A stretch of DNA of 63,811 nt, counting the filler, from Reticulomyxa filosa (Eukaryota > Protista > Foraminifera): assembly GCA_000512085.1 (NCBI GenBank). It is 14 parts of 14 records of this genome, joined end to end, with 100 filler letters (N's around TTAATTAATTAA, not from the genome) between each part and the next. Parts side by side here need not be neighbours in the genome. Positions count along the whole stretch, not along the records: positions 33,479 to 37,122 come from ASPP01045366.1; positions 37,223 to 39,122 come from ASPP01042808.1; positions 39,223 to 41,816 come from ASPP01014087.1; positions 41,917 to 43,793 come from ASPP01017820.1; positions 43,894 to 47,378 come from ASPP01007915.1; positions 47,479 to 59,775 come from ASPP01006817.1; 8 more parts are not named here. One strand, given 5' to 3'. Of this stretch, positions 37,091 to 50,119 are shown one piece after another. The position numbers were made by a program, and so were the translations under genes. Position 1 is the stretch's first letter. Each line of letters starts with the position of its first letter. Under the pieces are notes generated by a model, which did not search any database, was not told the origin of the DNA, and worked only from the letters and a program-made list of their open reading frames with translations.

Positions 37091-39259
37091 TTTGGTATTG
37101 TGCGAAGGCAGTTGAAAATGGCNNNNNNNNNNNNNNNNNNNNNNNNNNNNNNNNNNNNNNNNNNNNTTAATTAATTAANNNNNNNNNNNNNNNNNNNNNN
37201 NNNNNNNNNNNNNNNNNNNNNNACCATTTTATTTGCTTTTTTTTTGCTTTAAAATAATTCAGACTTTTTTTTGCATTCTGAGGACCAATGAAACTTCCAA
37301 TTTCAAAGAATAGTATGAAAAACAGATGGGCAAAAACTCAAACACTTGTTTTGAAACAACAATCTTTATTTCTATCAGTAAATTATGCAAAATGTTTTTA
37401 TTTGTCGGTGTTGACGTTTTTGTGCAAAGGCTTTTGAATATTGCACATCAGAGAAAAGATCCAACGTGTGAGTCATTTTGATGTTCTCTTTGTTCCATTT
37501 CCATTGTATCTGTTGCGTTGTAACAGGGTTTACACGTTGTTTGGTAACTCAACTGACACAAAAAGGGTCAATGCCGTTGTCTTTTTAATTGTGAATTGCT
37601 CTTTTCATTTTTTCTATTTTGATTCGCTATTTGAAATTTTGATATTTGTAAAATGTGTAAGCGGGCCGCGCTTTTTATTGTTGTTTAGAGGGAACCAGAA
37701 CGTAGAAAAAAATTCTTTCCATGAACTTGTGTATAGATAAAAGCTAGAAAACTTATTATTTTCAAATGAAAGTATAAATATTGTAATGACAGTTAAAAAT
37801 AAGAATTTCGCAACATTTACAACAAGTCAGCAGTTTATTTTTTTTTTTTTGTAAATAAAAAATTTGTCAGGTTGCCGTTGTCAATCGTTAACGCTTCGCG
37901 AATTCGCAACTCTAAAAAAAGACAAATCACTTTTTTAATAAGAAAATACAAAACAATTTCAAAAAATATTTTGATGTAGGTCATTAGTAAAAAAAAATGC
38001 TACAAAAAAAACATTTTCTTTCTAGTATTGACCTTTAATTTTCGGAACACTACAGTCTGAAATGTCATCAATTTGTTAACATCCAGTGCTAACGTTCCAA
38101 ACATGTTTCTTCTACACAAAAAAGAAATGTCTAACTTTGTGGTATTAGCAAACATTAACAAATTTCTATCCCTTGTTTATGAAAATAAATGAAACGAAAA
38201 CTTTTCTTTTGTCGTAGGGTCCTCGCAAAAAATCAACTCATTTTGATACTTACTTTTAAATATCAGTTAACATTTTAAAAAATAAGCAAGAAAATGATTA
38301 TATCAATAACATCACTATTATTTAACTCGTATTGCCTAATAAAAAAAAAGAAGCAATTTTTAAACTGAATCAAACCAAGTGTTATAAATAGCAAATTGAA
38401 ACCTTTAGTTGTTCGAACAGTGCAGAGATTGTTTCATTGACAACAATCGAGCAGAAACAAAATTTTATTTATAATTAGGTTTGGTACATGTATCAGTTTT
38501 TGTTTCTGTGTCATTGCGACTCGTGTTTGTATCTTGACGTGTCAACGGTATGTCCCTGTGCTGTTGTTCCCTCCAAGTAAACAGAAAATGTTGTCTTGCA
38601 AGTGCTAACAAGGAAACTATTCTTTTGTAAAGCGACCATTCTTTGCAATTAAAGAGAAACCTTTATTAACTTTTTTAGAAGTACAAATTTTTTTGGAACT
38701 GACCACCTTTACGCTGTTTTTAAAAAGTTTTGTAAAGAATCATTTTTTGAAACAACTTTTAAAAAACAATGGAACAAATTGCATTAAAGTGCTTTCTTAT
38801 GTTTACATTGAACAAAATCAAAATAAGGGATTTATTCTGTGTGTCTTTTCTTTGTTGTTCATTGCGATAACAGGAAAAAATTCACAATATTGACAAACTG
38901 TGATAAAATTTGATTAGAGTTTTTGTATTGTATTAATATTTTTAAAAAACATCATTATATTACCCTTTTTGAGCTCGTTTTAGGCTACGTTGGAAATATC
39001 ATTGTCAAAGTCTTGTAGCACATTAAAATAAACAAATGTCACAACTAGTTATAAATACGTATATCCAATAAACTTATTTCACAAAATCAAATTTTCTTTT
39101 TGAAAGAGATATTATAAAAGAANNNNNNNNNNNNNNNNNNNNNNNNNNNNNNNNNNNNNNNNNNNNTTAATTAATTAANNNNNNNNNNNNNNNNNNNNNN
39201 NNNNNNNNNNNNNNNNNNNNNNAAAAAGAAGAAGAAGAGAAAAAAAAAAAAAAATGGAT

Positions 39260-39764
39260 AGAATTTGCATCGGAAAACTTGCTATGCTATTTAGAATTGG
39301 GACAGTTTCGTGATATGACAAAGCGGAAATGGAAACAAGACAGCGGCATGGATGTGGTGGACCCTCTTAGCGACTACTTCGTATTGAATGCAGAGTTGCC
39401 TCAGTCCTCGATTGTAAATAACGACCAGCTCAGCAACGAACAGAAAGCAATTTCGTTGATCGAAAAATATATTGCAGTGGGGGCGCAATACGAGGTCAAT
39501 CTCTCGTTTGATACACGCATGGACTATATTAAGCTTTTGCATCATTGTCAGCAGCCGCAGCAACAACAACAACAACAACAACAACAATTGCAAAATGAAA
39601 AGCAAAGTCAACCAACAAATCCCTTCGATCTCATATCCCCCTCGGACTTTGTCTTTTTATTTGATCCTGTGCTGACAGAAATGTTCCGGCTGATGCGCTG
39701 CTCGTATTCGCGCTTTGCGACCACTACTGCTTATCGTAATTATGTAGAGTATGTTCGTCCTTAA
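39260..39764 (+). CDS. RGS-domain C-terminal exon, 5' partial; may belong to another TM-RGS family member
   Basis: EFASENLLCYLELGQFR..LIEKYIAVGAQYEVNLSFDTR..LFDPVLTEMFRLMRCSYSRF. Poly-Q insert. Confidence 0.85.
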
Positions 39765-41916
39765 TACTTTCATATTTTGTATACCCCCCCCGCTTTTTTT
39801 TTTTCCTTTTTTCTTTTTTTCAAAAGAACGTTTCCGATTTACCACTAACCTAAACTCTAATTTTTTTTTTTTGAGATGTTGTTATTTGGTTGGTTGGTTG
39901 ATTGGTTGTAAACGAAAAAAATGCATATTTCAATTTCGTTTTTGTTACAAGTTTTTTTTTGTTATGTTGTCGTATTGTTAAAGAATGATATCTTTTTTTT
40001 GCACCAAACGCTCGAGCTATCCTTTTCGTCCTGTGTTTGCGTGCAAAAATTAATTCGTTTTTTTTTTATGATGTCACCCCCGCCTGACCTTATTTTCTTA
40101 TTCCGAACAACGTATAACCAATGAACGATCCTTCTAAAAACAATTTCCTCCACCTTCATTTTATTATAACTTTATTCAAATCGCAAACTTCATTTCTGTT
40201 TTTCCTTTAAAGTACATTTCCTTCGAGCAATTTGAATTGTCATCTCTGAAATCGTAAAAATAATTGATACAGCAAAAAAAAAAGGCTCCAAGAGAACTGA
40301 AAAAGTCTATTTCCATTGTCAACATAATTCAAGCGAATATTTGCCTATTAAAAAAGAATGCCGACATTCATCAATAAGGTGGAGTCACAAACAACAGCAA
40401 CTCTTACTAGAAACCTAATAGAGCCAGTAAAAAAAAAAGAAGACGAAAAAAGGGAAAAAGCCAAAACGTCCTTGTGCAATGACAGGGCAAAGACTTGCAC
40501 AACTGGTTGTGTCCAAACGAAACACTGCAGACGAAATTGATAAATGGGATAGAATTTTTATTAACAGCTAAAAAGGACAAAATAGTAAATCTGAATAACC
40601 ATAAATGGCACGGTTTCAAGTTTGGAGTGTATTTACTAAGATATAACTGCAGATTGATAGTAGACTGCGATATAAACGATGGAGTCATTTCAAACTCAAG
40701 ACTAGCCATTTATGGATTGCAGAATCGTGTGAAATAACGTGTAGTGGTTTAGGACACCCGTCTGGCACAGGGTCTGACAAAGGCTAGAGAGGCTCCGAAA
40801 CTTTAGGTAGAGGCAGAGGTGCAAGTTACAACACGAAAGGGGAGAATGTTCGATGTTTTGAATGAACACGGAAAAAATGATCAAATGTATGGAGAAAATA
40901 CATTGCAGAGGGAGATTCATTTTAGGAGTGGAGGTGGTGTGCAAAGTACAAAATTGATGAAACCAGTTTAATGGGAGGGATTGTTGAAATTATCGTGCAA
41001 CAACAAATTACCAGCGAGGGATATATTGAAAGCAACCGTATATGTAAAATTCGTTTGCAACGATTTGGAGGCCTTAAATAGGTTGGAGGGAATGAAGGAA
41101 GTGGTGACTCCATCCATATTGTGGTACAGGCTCCATGTAACGTCACTCAACAGTTTGGATATATCAGTTGTTTAGGTGGAGGCAATTACAAGTATATAAA
41201 ATAACAGAACAGAAGCAGATATGGAAAAATTGCCATTTACACCAGAGCCGATACGTGTCATTACTCCGTCTCTGCTTCTCCACCCTGCTATCTCTCAACT
41301 TTAATCCCAAAGGAAGAGTTACTTACGAAAAGATATTGAAACGACTTTCCAAACAAATAACAAAAAATAGTATTTTATGCTAAGCAAAATAATTTGTTTG
41401 ACATTGGATACTTTTTTTTGCCAACATTTTGAGTTTGAGGAATACTATCATATTGGCTTTGCATCATATCAAACGTTTTTTTTAGCTTATCATCAAAAGT
41501 ATTATTTTTTTAATTTTTATATTCTATTCAAAGGAAATAATAAGATTAAGCATATAACAAATTTCTTGAAAAAACCTAATCCAAGCTCTTCAAATATAAA
41601 TTTAAGGTCTATTTTAATCAACTTTTTTCTTAACAAAAATGTGGATTAAAAACTGTTAAAAGTTACAAAAAGTAGAGGCCCAAAAAGATGGAGTTAGAGA
41701 GTATATATGTTCAAGTGGGAGATGAATTTGCACATGTTTGTCAGGAAGGATCTTCTGCAATGACCAACGCATTACATTTTGGACTAGTGTGCAATAAAAA
41801 CGGTCAAAAATTTTATNNNNNNNNNNNNNNNNNNNNNNNNNNNNNNNNNNNNNNNNNNNNTTAATTAATTAANNNNNNNNNNNNNNNNNNNNNNNNNNNN
41901 NNNNNNNNNNNNNNNN

Positions 41917-41947
<31 letters not shown>

Positions 41948-42970
41948 GTACACTTTTAGACCAGTGAATCAAAGAGTTTGTTGGTTGTTTTTATTTGTTT
42001 GTTTTTTTGTGATTATGTATTGACAACAGAAGGTGTCTCTTTGAACAGGTCACAAAAGATAAGAATATTGTTCAAAAAAAATAAAAATAAAAGCAAAACA
42101 ACTTTGAAAGAGGCCTTTTCAAAAAAACTTATGTTTCTGTAGTAAGAGAATTACTCCATTTTGCTGCACTTATGGGGTTTTTACCCTACCTTTTCTTTTT
42201 CTTTTTTCCCCCGTTTTCTGTTTGATGTTCGGATTTTTTTCCCTCCCCCCCCCCATCTTTGGGTTTTCTTTTGTGTTGTGTAATGTTTTTTCTTCCTTTT
42301 GTTGACATCTTTTTTGTTTTGTTTTTTTCTTCACCCATGTTTTGTTTTTCTTTGAAAACACGGGAGAAAAACATGACTCAGCTGAACACTTTTTTTTTTT
42401 CCTTTTTCGTTTGTTTGTTTTTCAGTGCTGCAAAGGCTGTGGGTCGATTTGGCAAGAATTTAATGTCTTGCAAATTTTTTTGTAAATCGTTGCAATTGCT
42501 TTTTTTTGGAAATATCATGGTCCAACGTACAAAGTTTGTTTTTTTGCAACACTTTTGCAAGCAGTAAATTTTTTTTGCTTTAAAAGAAAATAAAGCTCAA
42601 AAATTTGAATTTAATTTTTTTTTTTTTTGAGCTCTTTTGTTCTGAGTTATGTTTTTTTTCCTAAGAGAAGGAGTGAGCTCTTCTTTCGAAAAAGTAATTT
42701 CAAAATTTGATCCAAACAAGCCAACTTGTATTTTGAGAAAAATTGAAAGAGTTTGTAGTCTTGTACTCGAGAAACATAGGTAATAATATAAGAAAAGAAA
42801 AGGTTGCAATACGATTGTAGCGTGAACAAAATCTAGATAATTGCACTACTGTATATACAAAGGCAAATGTGATTGTCTTGATAATGATCAGTGAGAAAAA
42901 GAGGAAACTCTTTATTTTATGAAAAGCAATAAGAATAATTAAAAAAAAAGATTAGCAAGGATATTGCTAG

Positions 42971-43720
42971 TTAGTGATTAGTAGTGTCAGTAGTGTTATT
43001 CAATGCGGATATTTCAGATAAGTCTTGTGTGAAATGATCAGACGGAGGTGTACTTAAAGGATGAGACATAGAAGAATGACTTGGATGATCTCCTGGTGAC
43101 CGATCAGAGACTATTTGCAAGGAAGTATCATCCTTGATTGCAATAGTATGAGATGCATGAAGTAAGTTTTGTTGAAGGGATGAAACGTCTTCACGCTTGG
43201 CATTTTTTTCATCACTATCGTGGCTCTGATGTTCATGTCCGTCCGAAATGGGATGTTGCAGCATAGCACTGTCCACAGGGCCACGATCAGAGAAGGGTTC
43301 TGAAAAGGAGGACAAAGGAGGGGAGGAAATGGTTGCATGCTCGACTCCATCTTGTTTGGCTCCAAACAAGAGTGTATGCAATTGAGTGATATACTTTTCA
43401 TGATTGAGTTGTTTTGTGAACATTGTAACGAATTGGTTGACAAATTGTAGGCAGCACAGTTTGGATTGCAACGGGTCCAACTTTCGACTTAACTTTTCAA
43501 TTTCTTGCAAAGTGGAGTCATCTTTGACCACAAAGAGCCAAGATACGTCCACCTTTTTTCGGAGTGTGTCCGCACAAACGACCCACGCAAAGTGGATATC
43601 ATGACTGCCGCTATCCAATATTACCTTGGCCATATCCGAGCCAAAATGCCATGAGTCAAATTCTAAATGGCAGTGTTGATCACTCCAATTGAGTTTATCG
43701 TATCCTGCATATTGTACCTG
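42971..43720 (-). CDS. Hypothetical protein, terminal exon
   Basis: Open frame longer than 220 aa preceded by an AG acceptor. No recognised motif. Confidence 0.55.
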   Translation of the reverse strand, partial: QVQYAGYDKLNWSDQHCHLEFDSWHFGSDMAKVILDSGSHDIHFAWVVCADTLRKKVDVSWLFVVKDDSTLQEIEKLSRKLDPLQSKLCCLQFVNQFVTMFTKQLNHEKYITQLHTLLFGAKQDGVEHATISSPPLSSFSEPFSDRGPVDSAMLQHPISDGHEHQSHDSDEKNAKREDVSSLQQNLLHASHTIAIKDDTSLQIVSDRSPGDHPSHSSMSHPLSTPPSDHFTQDLSEISALNNTTDTTNH

Positions 43721-44004
43721 TTTTGCAATTGGTCCACCAAATAAATAAATAAATAAAAATAAAATTAATTATTTGACAATTTTTTTTTTTTTTNNNNNNN
43801 NNNNNNNNNNNNNNNNNNNNNNNNNNNNNNNNNNNNNTTAATTAATTAANNNNNNNNNNNNNNNNNNNNNNNNNNNNNNNNNNNNNNNNNNNNTTTTTTT
43901 TTTTTTTTCCTCCCTCTTGTTCGTCCCCAGTCTCCCCTTTTTAAATTGTTCATTTTTTTTTTTTTTAAAAATATCAAAAAAAAAAAAACAAAACATAAAG
44001 CAAA

Positions 44005-45109
44005 ACTTGAGAAGAAATTTCTTCTAACAACCGAACAGCAGATTCTTCAATGATATTGAGATCCATCTTTTGGCTTTCTTTGCCAAAGCGCTGCTGAATC
44101 AGTTGAACGACTTGTGGAGACAAACGAGACTGATCCAACACAATTTGCCCCTTCCGACAACTTCGTTTATTCAAATTCAACTTGCGCAGATGCGGGGGAA
44201 TTTGATTGAATTTATTCAGTGATGATTTTGTCCACACCCCATTTTCGCCAAACCATCTTTGTTTGGTATTTTTCTTTTTCGTCGTTTTTTTATTTTTATT
44301 ATTATTTTGTTTTTTTTTTAAAAAAGGGAAATTTTTTTTTTTTTATAAAAAAAAAACAACAGAAAATTCTAAACTCGCAAACTTGGCAAGGAATGTGATT
44401 GAATGATAGCCATTCCAGCATTCGAAACCAATGTTGATGTGTTGTTGGAAGACGTCAGATTCAAATAAGGATTGTTATGGATTGACATATCATTGTTGAT
44501 CGGGGCGTTAGTGGTGATCACGGGCACGGGTGTTTTCAAGAAATGACTGTTAATTGCTGTCTCTGGATTCCCTGGTTGTCCACGACTCGATTGTCCCAAC
44601 ATATTGTTCATATTCATGTTCATGTTTATCATTCCATTTGCACTTCCCACGTTCGTCGGCGTGATCAACTGGTTGCTCATTATTCCTCCCCCTCCTCCTC
44701 CACCACCTCCACCTCCGCTACTTCCACCTCCTGCCCCTCCTGCAAACGCTGGCAATAAGTTCCCTTGGCTTTTGTAATATCCGCTTGGGTTATGTCCGTT
44801 CATATTACCATTGCTCATGTTGCTATTCCCATTCATGCTGTTGTTGCTAGTGTTGTTACTGTTTGCACTGTTACTTGTGCTCATGTTGCTCATGTGACCA
44901 TTATTGCCGTTTGCGCTCATACTCATGTTCATACTCATATTCATATTCATATTCATTCCCATATTCATGTTGTGGCTGTTGCCATGGAGGGGCGGTGCCA
45001 TATCTCCTCTCCCTTGACTGCTCGGGAGCACTAGTCCAAAAGGTTGCTGGTTTGGAAGTACATATACCTGGGTTGGAGTAAGATAATGATAAGATGTCAT
45101 TATCTTCAA
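44005..45109 (-). CDS. Hypothetical protein with Met/Asn/Gly low-complexity region followed by a globular exon, partial
   Basis: ORFs 44369-45109 and 43974-44237 are separated by an A/T-run intron. (MN)n and poly-G tracts. Confidence 0.55.
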
Positions 45110-46680
45110 TAAAAGAACAAAATAAATGCGTTAAAAATAGAAATAAATGAATAAAAGGCACCAGATTGGTGATGAATCAAAAAATTAAAAATAAGATTTT
45201 TTTACTTGCGGTTGTGTTCTTTGAGTTGCTCGACAAGTACTCTTTTCAGAAGAAGTGCTCACAACATTTGGCTTCTTTATCTTTTTCACCTCTTATTCTA
45301 TAATTGCTCAGAGTTGTCTATTCAATAAAAAAAAACCTAATTTCTTTTAACTTGCGATTGGATAAAAATTTTACAAATTATTAACGTGTTCACCAAGCGT
45401 ATGCAAAATAAAATCAATTTTTTTTAGTTTAAGCAAGGTGTATTCTTGATATTAACGTCTTATGTGTTTTAAATATTTTCAATCAACACGAATACCGCGC
45501 TAAATAATACAATACGTTACAAATGTAACCAACAAATAACACTCAAACTTCAACTTTAGAGTAATGATTTTGTTTAAAATTGTTAGATAAAAAATTTGAT
45601 AATGTTCTCTTATGTCATAACAAAATAGCATCAATTTATCTTCAAAACTTTAATGATTATCACTCGGTTGATGGCCTTGTCTAACCTATGTGGAGCTAAT
45701 AGTGAATCCAAGATCACATTTGGGACATCACTAAGATTCTACGAAACTTCTGCAAATTGTAATGTTAAATGCTTTAAAGAATAAATATCAGACAATCTGA
45801 ATGAAAAAAAGATTAAACAATAGTCAAATTATCACACTTATAATTAAAAAAAATATTCCACTCAAAAAATAAAAACAAATTTGTTCAAGACATCTTGGTC
45901 TGTCATGAGGGTGCATTTTCGTTACGCTCGTGTCCTCAGACTACTCGCGATTTGCTAACTCATATTCTTTTTACCAGTTTGTATCAGGAGAATGTGTTTG
46001 TGCATCTGATCCTTCCCTTTTGCACAGGTTTTTCTCATTATTACTTTTAGTCAGCCAATGATTAAAGGGGATTTTTTTGTGCTGTAAATATGAAGAGTAT
46101 ATATTTTGAAAAAACTAAAGATTGTCTTCAATAAGTAAATAATGATTTACAAGAAAATAAGTTGTAATGAAAATTTTTTTAGAATTATAGAAGTTGTTAT
46201 GAGTTTGTAAAAAAAATTTAAAAAAATTGAAAATTAGCAATAAATTTCAGTCAAGTTTGATTTCTTAAAAAATAATAAAATAATCGCAGTGAAACGATTA
46301 GAACAAAGCCAAATCATTTTTGAATAGATTTTTTCGTTTATGAGCGCTTTAGTTGTTTTTTCCCATTAAAAAAATTAAGTCAAGAAGTTGTGGCTAAACA
46401 ATTTCGATAAATATGCGTCCTCTACAAAATAGGGAAGTAATTCTAAAAAAAATGCAACTTTGATTTTAAAAATAATGAAATCAATGGATGGCATGAAGGA
46501 AAAAGAAGAAGCAAAAACTGATGAAAAATGCAAAAACAATTTGTCTCAATCAAAGTGAAAAGAGTTTTTTAAAAAAAAAACAAAAAACAAGAAGGCAAAC
46601 AAAAGTTTCTTTTAGCCTGCTCATCAAAAAGAAAGACCAAATCAATGAAACACTGAATGGCAGAAGATTGGCACAATTTG

Positions 46681-47283
46681 TCACAAACCAATAATTTTTC
46701 CAACCCACTGTAATCCCTTCAACCAAAATTTCACCAAACAAAAATATTTGCTACAAAAAACAATCAAAGCATATTGGAGCCATTCGGTGAAGGCGAATAT
46801 TTTGATTCTCATTAATGGTTCTTTTTTGTGCTTGGCATGTTCACGTCGCTCATCTGCACTACCTTTCATTGCATTTGTTTCGTTCATTTTATTGTCTGGT
46901 GCGTCTGTCTGTCGACCCCAAGAAGATAGCAACGACAGCTGTCGTTTCGATGCAGCTTTGTGGGTGATCGGAGTAGATTCAATTGCTTGAATCACAAACT
47001 ATTTATTTGAAAACACATATACACATCACAAGCATATCTGTGTATATACATATATATAATGATGTATCCAATCCCAAGTCTTCAATCAGTCAATCAATCC
47101 AAAAAAAAAAAAAACATACAAGTGGAAAAATCAACATATAAACGCCAGTTCCAATGAAATGTGGTGTAGTGAGAACCAACAACGTCAATGGCGAGCCAAA
47201 CCCAGAAAAGTATGGAATTCTTTCTTCGAAGAATTTTATGCGTTGAGGTAATGGCACTTTTTCAAATATCCAACGATATCTTT
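46681..47283 (-). CDS. EI24: Etoposide-induced protein 2.4 (EI24/PIG8) homolog, C-terminal exons
   Basis: YRWIFEKVPLPQRIKFFEERIPYFSGFGSPLTLL..GVYMLIFPL/FVIQA matches the EI24 signature EYRW..QR...E..W.YF.GFG.PL..LFPLF. Confidence 0.8.
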
Positions 47284-47478
47284 TTGTTGTGCAACAACAA
47301 CAACAACAAAAAAAGAAGCGCATGCTTGATGAATTTGAAAATTAGCATCAACCACGTCTCCTCCCTCTTTTTTTTTTTNNNNNNNNNNNNNNNNNNNNNN
47401 NNNNNNNNNNNNNNNNNNNNNNTTAATTAATTAANNNNNNNNNNNNNNNNNNNNNNNNNNNNNNNNNNNNNNNNNNNN

Positions 47479-48260
47479 AAAAAAAAAAAAAAAAAAAATT
47501 CCTTCGCAGTAACAATACGTATATGTTTGTTTTTAAACTGCAATTCGTGAGGAAGTTTTATTACTACGTTATCATCATCATGGGCTTTTGGCGAAGCTGG
47601 TTGTACTCCGCTGAAGCGTGTCGTGCTTGGTGCTCCGCTGTGATTGTTTACGACTGGCTCTTCGTCCATATAGGCCGTCAATATGTTGCGGTACTCTGTC
47701 GATGATTGGGTCTTTCACGGCGTTTTCATTTGACAAAAATAGTGTTGACATAACACGAGAAAAAGAAAAAGAGATGGAGATAAAGGGGTCCACAACAACA
47801 ACACAGCAAAAAATGGGTTTGGTTATTATATACAAATGTAAATATACTTTGATAAACAAAATTATATGTGTATGAGTACATGTGTATGTATATGTATGTA
47901 ACAATTTTTTTTTTTTGACTGACCCACCCCTCCCCCTCTGATAAACTTTGTGATCGATAATTTTTCGTAAATGTTTTGTAAACCGCTTCATTTGATGGAA
48001 ATTCTCAGACACCTCTGCATATAAATGATTATATTTATGCCGCATTTCATTAAATGTATTTTCTGGAGGTAAGTAAAAGTGCGTCATGTCCACATCTTTC
48101 CCTTCCTTGCATATTTCTGTTATGTTTGTTTAACTTTTGTGTTTCCTCTATTTTAGAAAGCCTCACACTTTTTCGTTTGAAAACGTGTGGTGAATGCTTC
48201 GTTAACTGCTGACATCCTTCAAGGATGGTATGTAGCCACTGGGAGCTGCTCCTGATTGTA
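47479..48260 (-). CDS. Hypothetical protein fragment
   Basis: Coding exons can be joined as ..KIIDHK/TQSSTEYRNILTAYMDEEP.. across a microsatellite intron. Confidence 0.45.
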
Positions 48261-49384
48261 ACATGTTGAAGACTAAAGATAATATAATTTATTGAAATGA
48301 TCTCTACGTAGTCGCTTTTGCGCAAAAGATTTCTTTATTAATGTAATCAATAATAATACAACAAATTTAGTGCATTTTTACTTAACTTGTAGTGTATTTA
48401 TTATTTATTTTATTAAAATTTGAAGAAATGTCGAAAAATTTAATAATAAATTAGGACGCAAAAAATTCTTTTTTAATAATCTAAACTCAAGTAATATTAA
48501 GATATGGACATTATGATAGATTATTGGTGCTTTTCAAGAAATCAAACGACTGAAACTACAATAACGAGCCTTCATCAATCTGAAGATAAAATTGCAACAA
48601 CGAACAAAACAACAGAAGATAAACATGATGAAAAATATAAAACAGATTATAAGCTAAGTAGATATGCTTGATGACATGTTTGTGAAAATAAATTTTTGTC
48701 TTTGCTTTTGGATTAATACACTTATTGGAGTTAAATGTAGTGGAATCTTGTCGTTATTTGTAGTCGTCTTGATGTTCTTTTTGCAGACTTTGTCGTAATT
48801 GTGCTGGATGGTATCGAACTTATATTGCAGAGACTGCTTCATGTTCATTAGCAAAATCGAACAAATTTGAGTATACAATATCAAATTAATTATATACATT
48901 CACAAATATACGTATATATACAGATGAATATATATTCATATATATAACGTATAAGTCACTAAAAAAAAAGAAATAGCAACTTATTACGATGATCGAACAA
49001 CAAACAATAAAATTAGAAAATACTTAGAACGACAATTGATATGACAAAATGATATTGATAACATGATGGCTGACGATGTTGGAACTTTAATAGTTTATGT
49101 TGAACGAATCGCTTATCAATAAAATGACAACTCTTACCAATTAAAATAGAACTTCAATACAACTAGCATTGATAGCTTTATTACAAGCTTTCACAAAATA
49201 TGTTTCTTTTTTTATTGTTTTATTTGTTGTATATAATTTGTGATTAAAAAGTCTAAAAAACAAATTATAATTCAAATCAAATTTAGATTTATTAATGAGA
49301 TTGACAAACTTGTTGTCAATTACGTTATTTACTTTGTTCTTTTTTTAAAATACAAGTCAAAATATTCAAATATTTATTTAACAT

Positions 49385-49645
49385 AGACATACAATGTCTT
49401 CATGTTTGACATATTTTGCTAATCATCCAAATTACTAAATATTCACTGGACATACTCGTGCGGTGTACAGCATTGATTATTCAATATTTGAATTGTGTGA
49501 AATTTCATTATATCGTTATCATAACAATCGTCAAAATGTCATTTGTTCTTCATCAAATGACAACGTCATTCGTTTTTGGAATTTCAAACATGATATGCAA
49601 TTACGAATATTCAATGGACACGAATGAGGTGTTCGTTGCATGTTT
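49385..49645 (+). pseudogene. WD40-repeat pseudogene (expanded G-beta-like family)
   Basis: SSKLL..FTGHTRAVYSIDYS; NVICSSSNDNVIRFWNFKHDMQLRIFNGHE*. Stops and frameshifts. Confidence 0.8.
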
Positions 49646-50119
49646 TCAATGAACATACAGATGCTGTGAAATGAAGCTGGAGTTAAATTTCCAAACTTTT
49701 TATATTTGATATCTTGTTATTTGAGTGAAACTCTGTCAATCATACAATAAAATATAAATTTTTTTAAATAAAATATATTTTTTTAAGAAAATAAAAACAG
49801 TTTTTTCAATTAAAATACCAGCAAAATGTCTAGCAATTTGTTTTGTTTTTTATGTAATTTAGTGATTAAAAAAACTTTTGAAAAGATATACAAGAAATGA
49901 AGAATTGCAACCCATTAGCGACAAGCTACATCAGTTTAAAGTTGAAACGATAGACGTTCATGATAGCTTTACAAAAAGACAGACTTCTTTGGTAAATTGT
50001 TTGTAAATTATTAAGAATTCAAATATATTGAGTTTTTTTGAAAAGACTTTACTAAAAATAAATCATTGTATATGCAAAAGATATTTGAAACTATTAGCTG
50101 TGCGAAATGAACAAGTATT

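Noticed and set aside
27810-39764. Apparent G-protein signalling cluster (TM-RGS, G-alpha, RGS)
   Set aside because: The components lie on different contigs separated by linkers; no linkage can be inferred.
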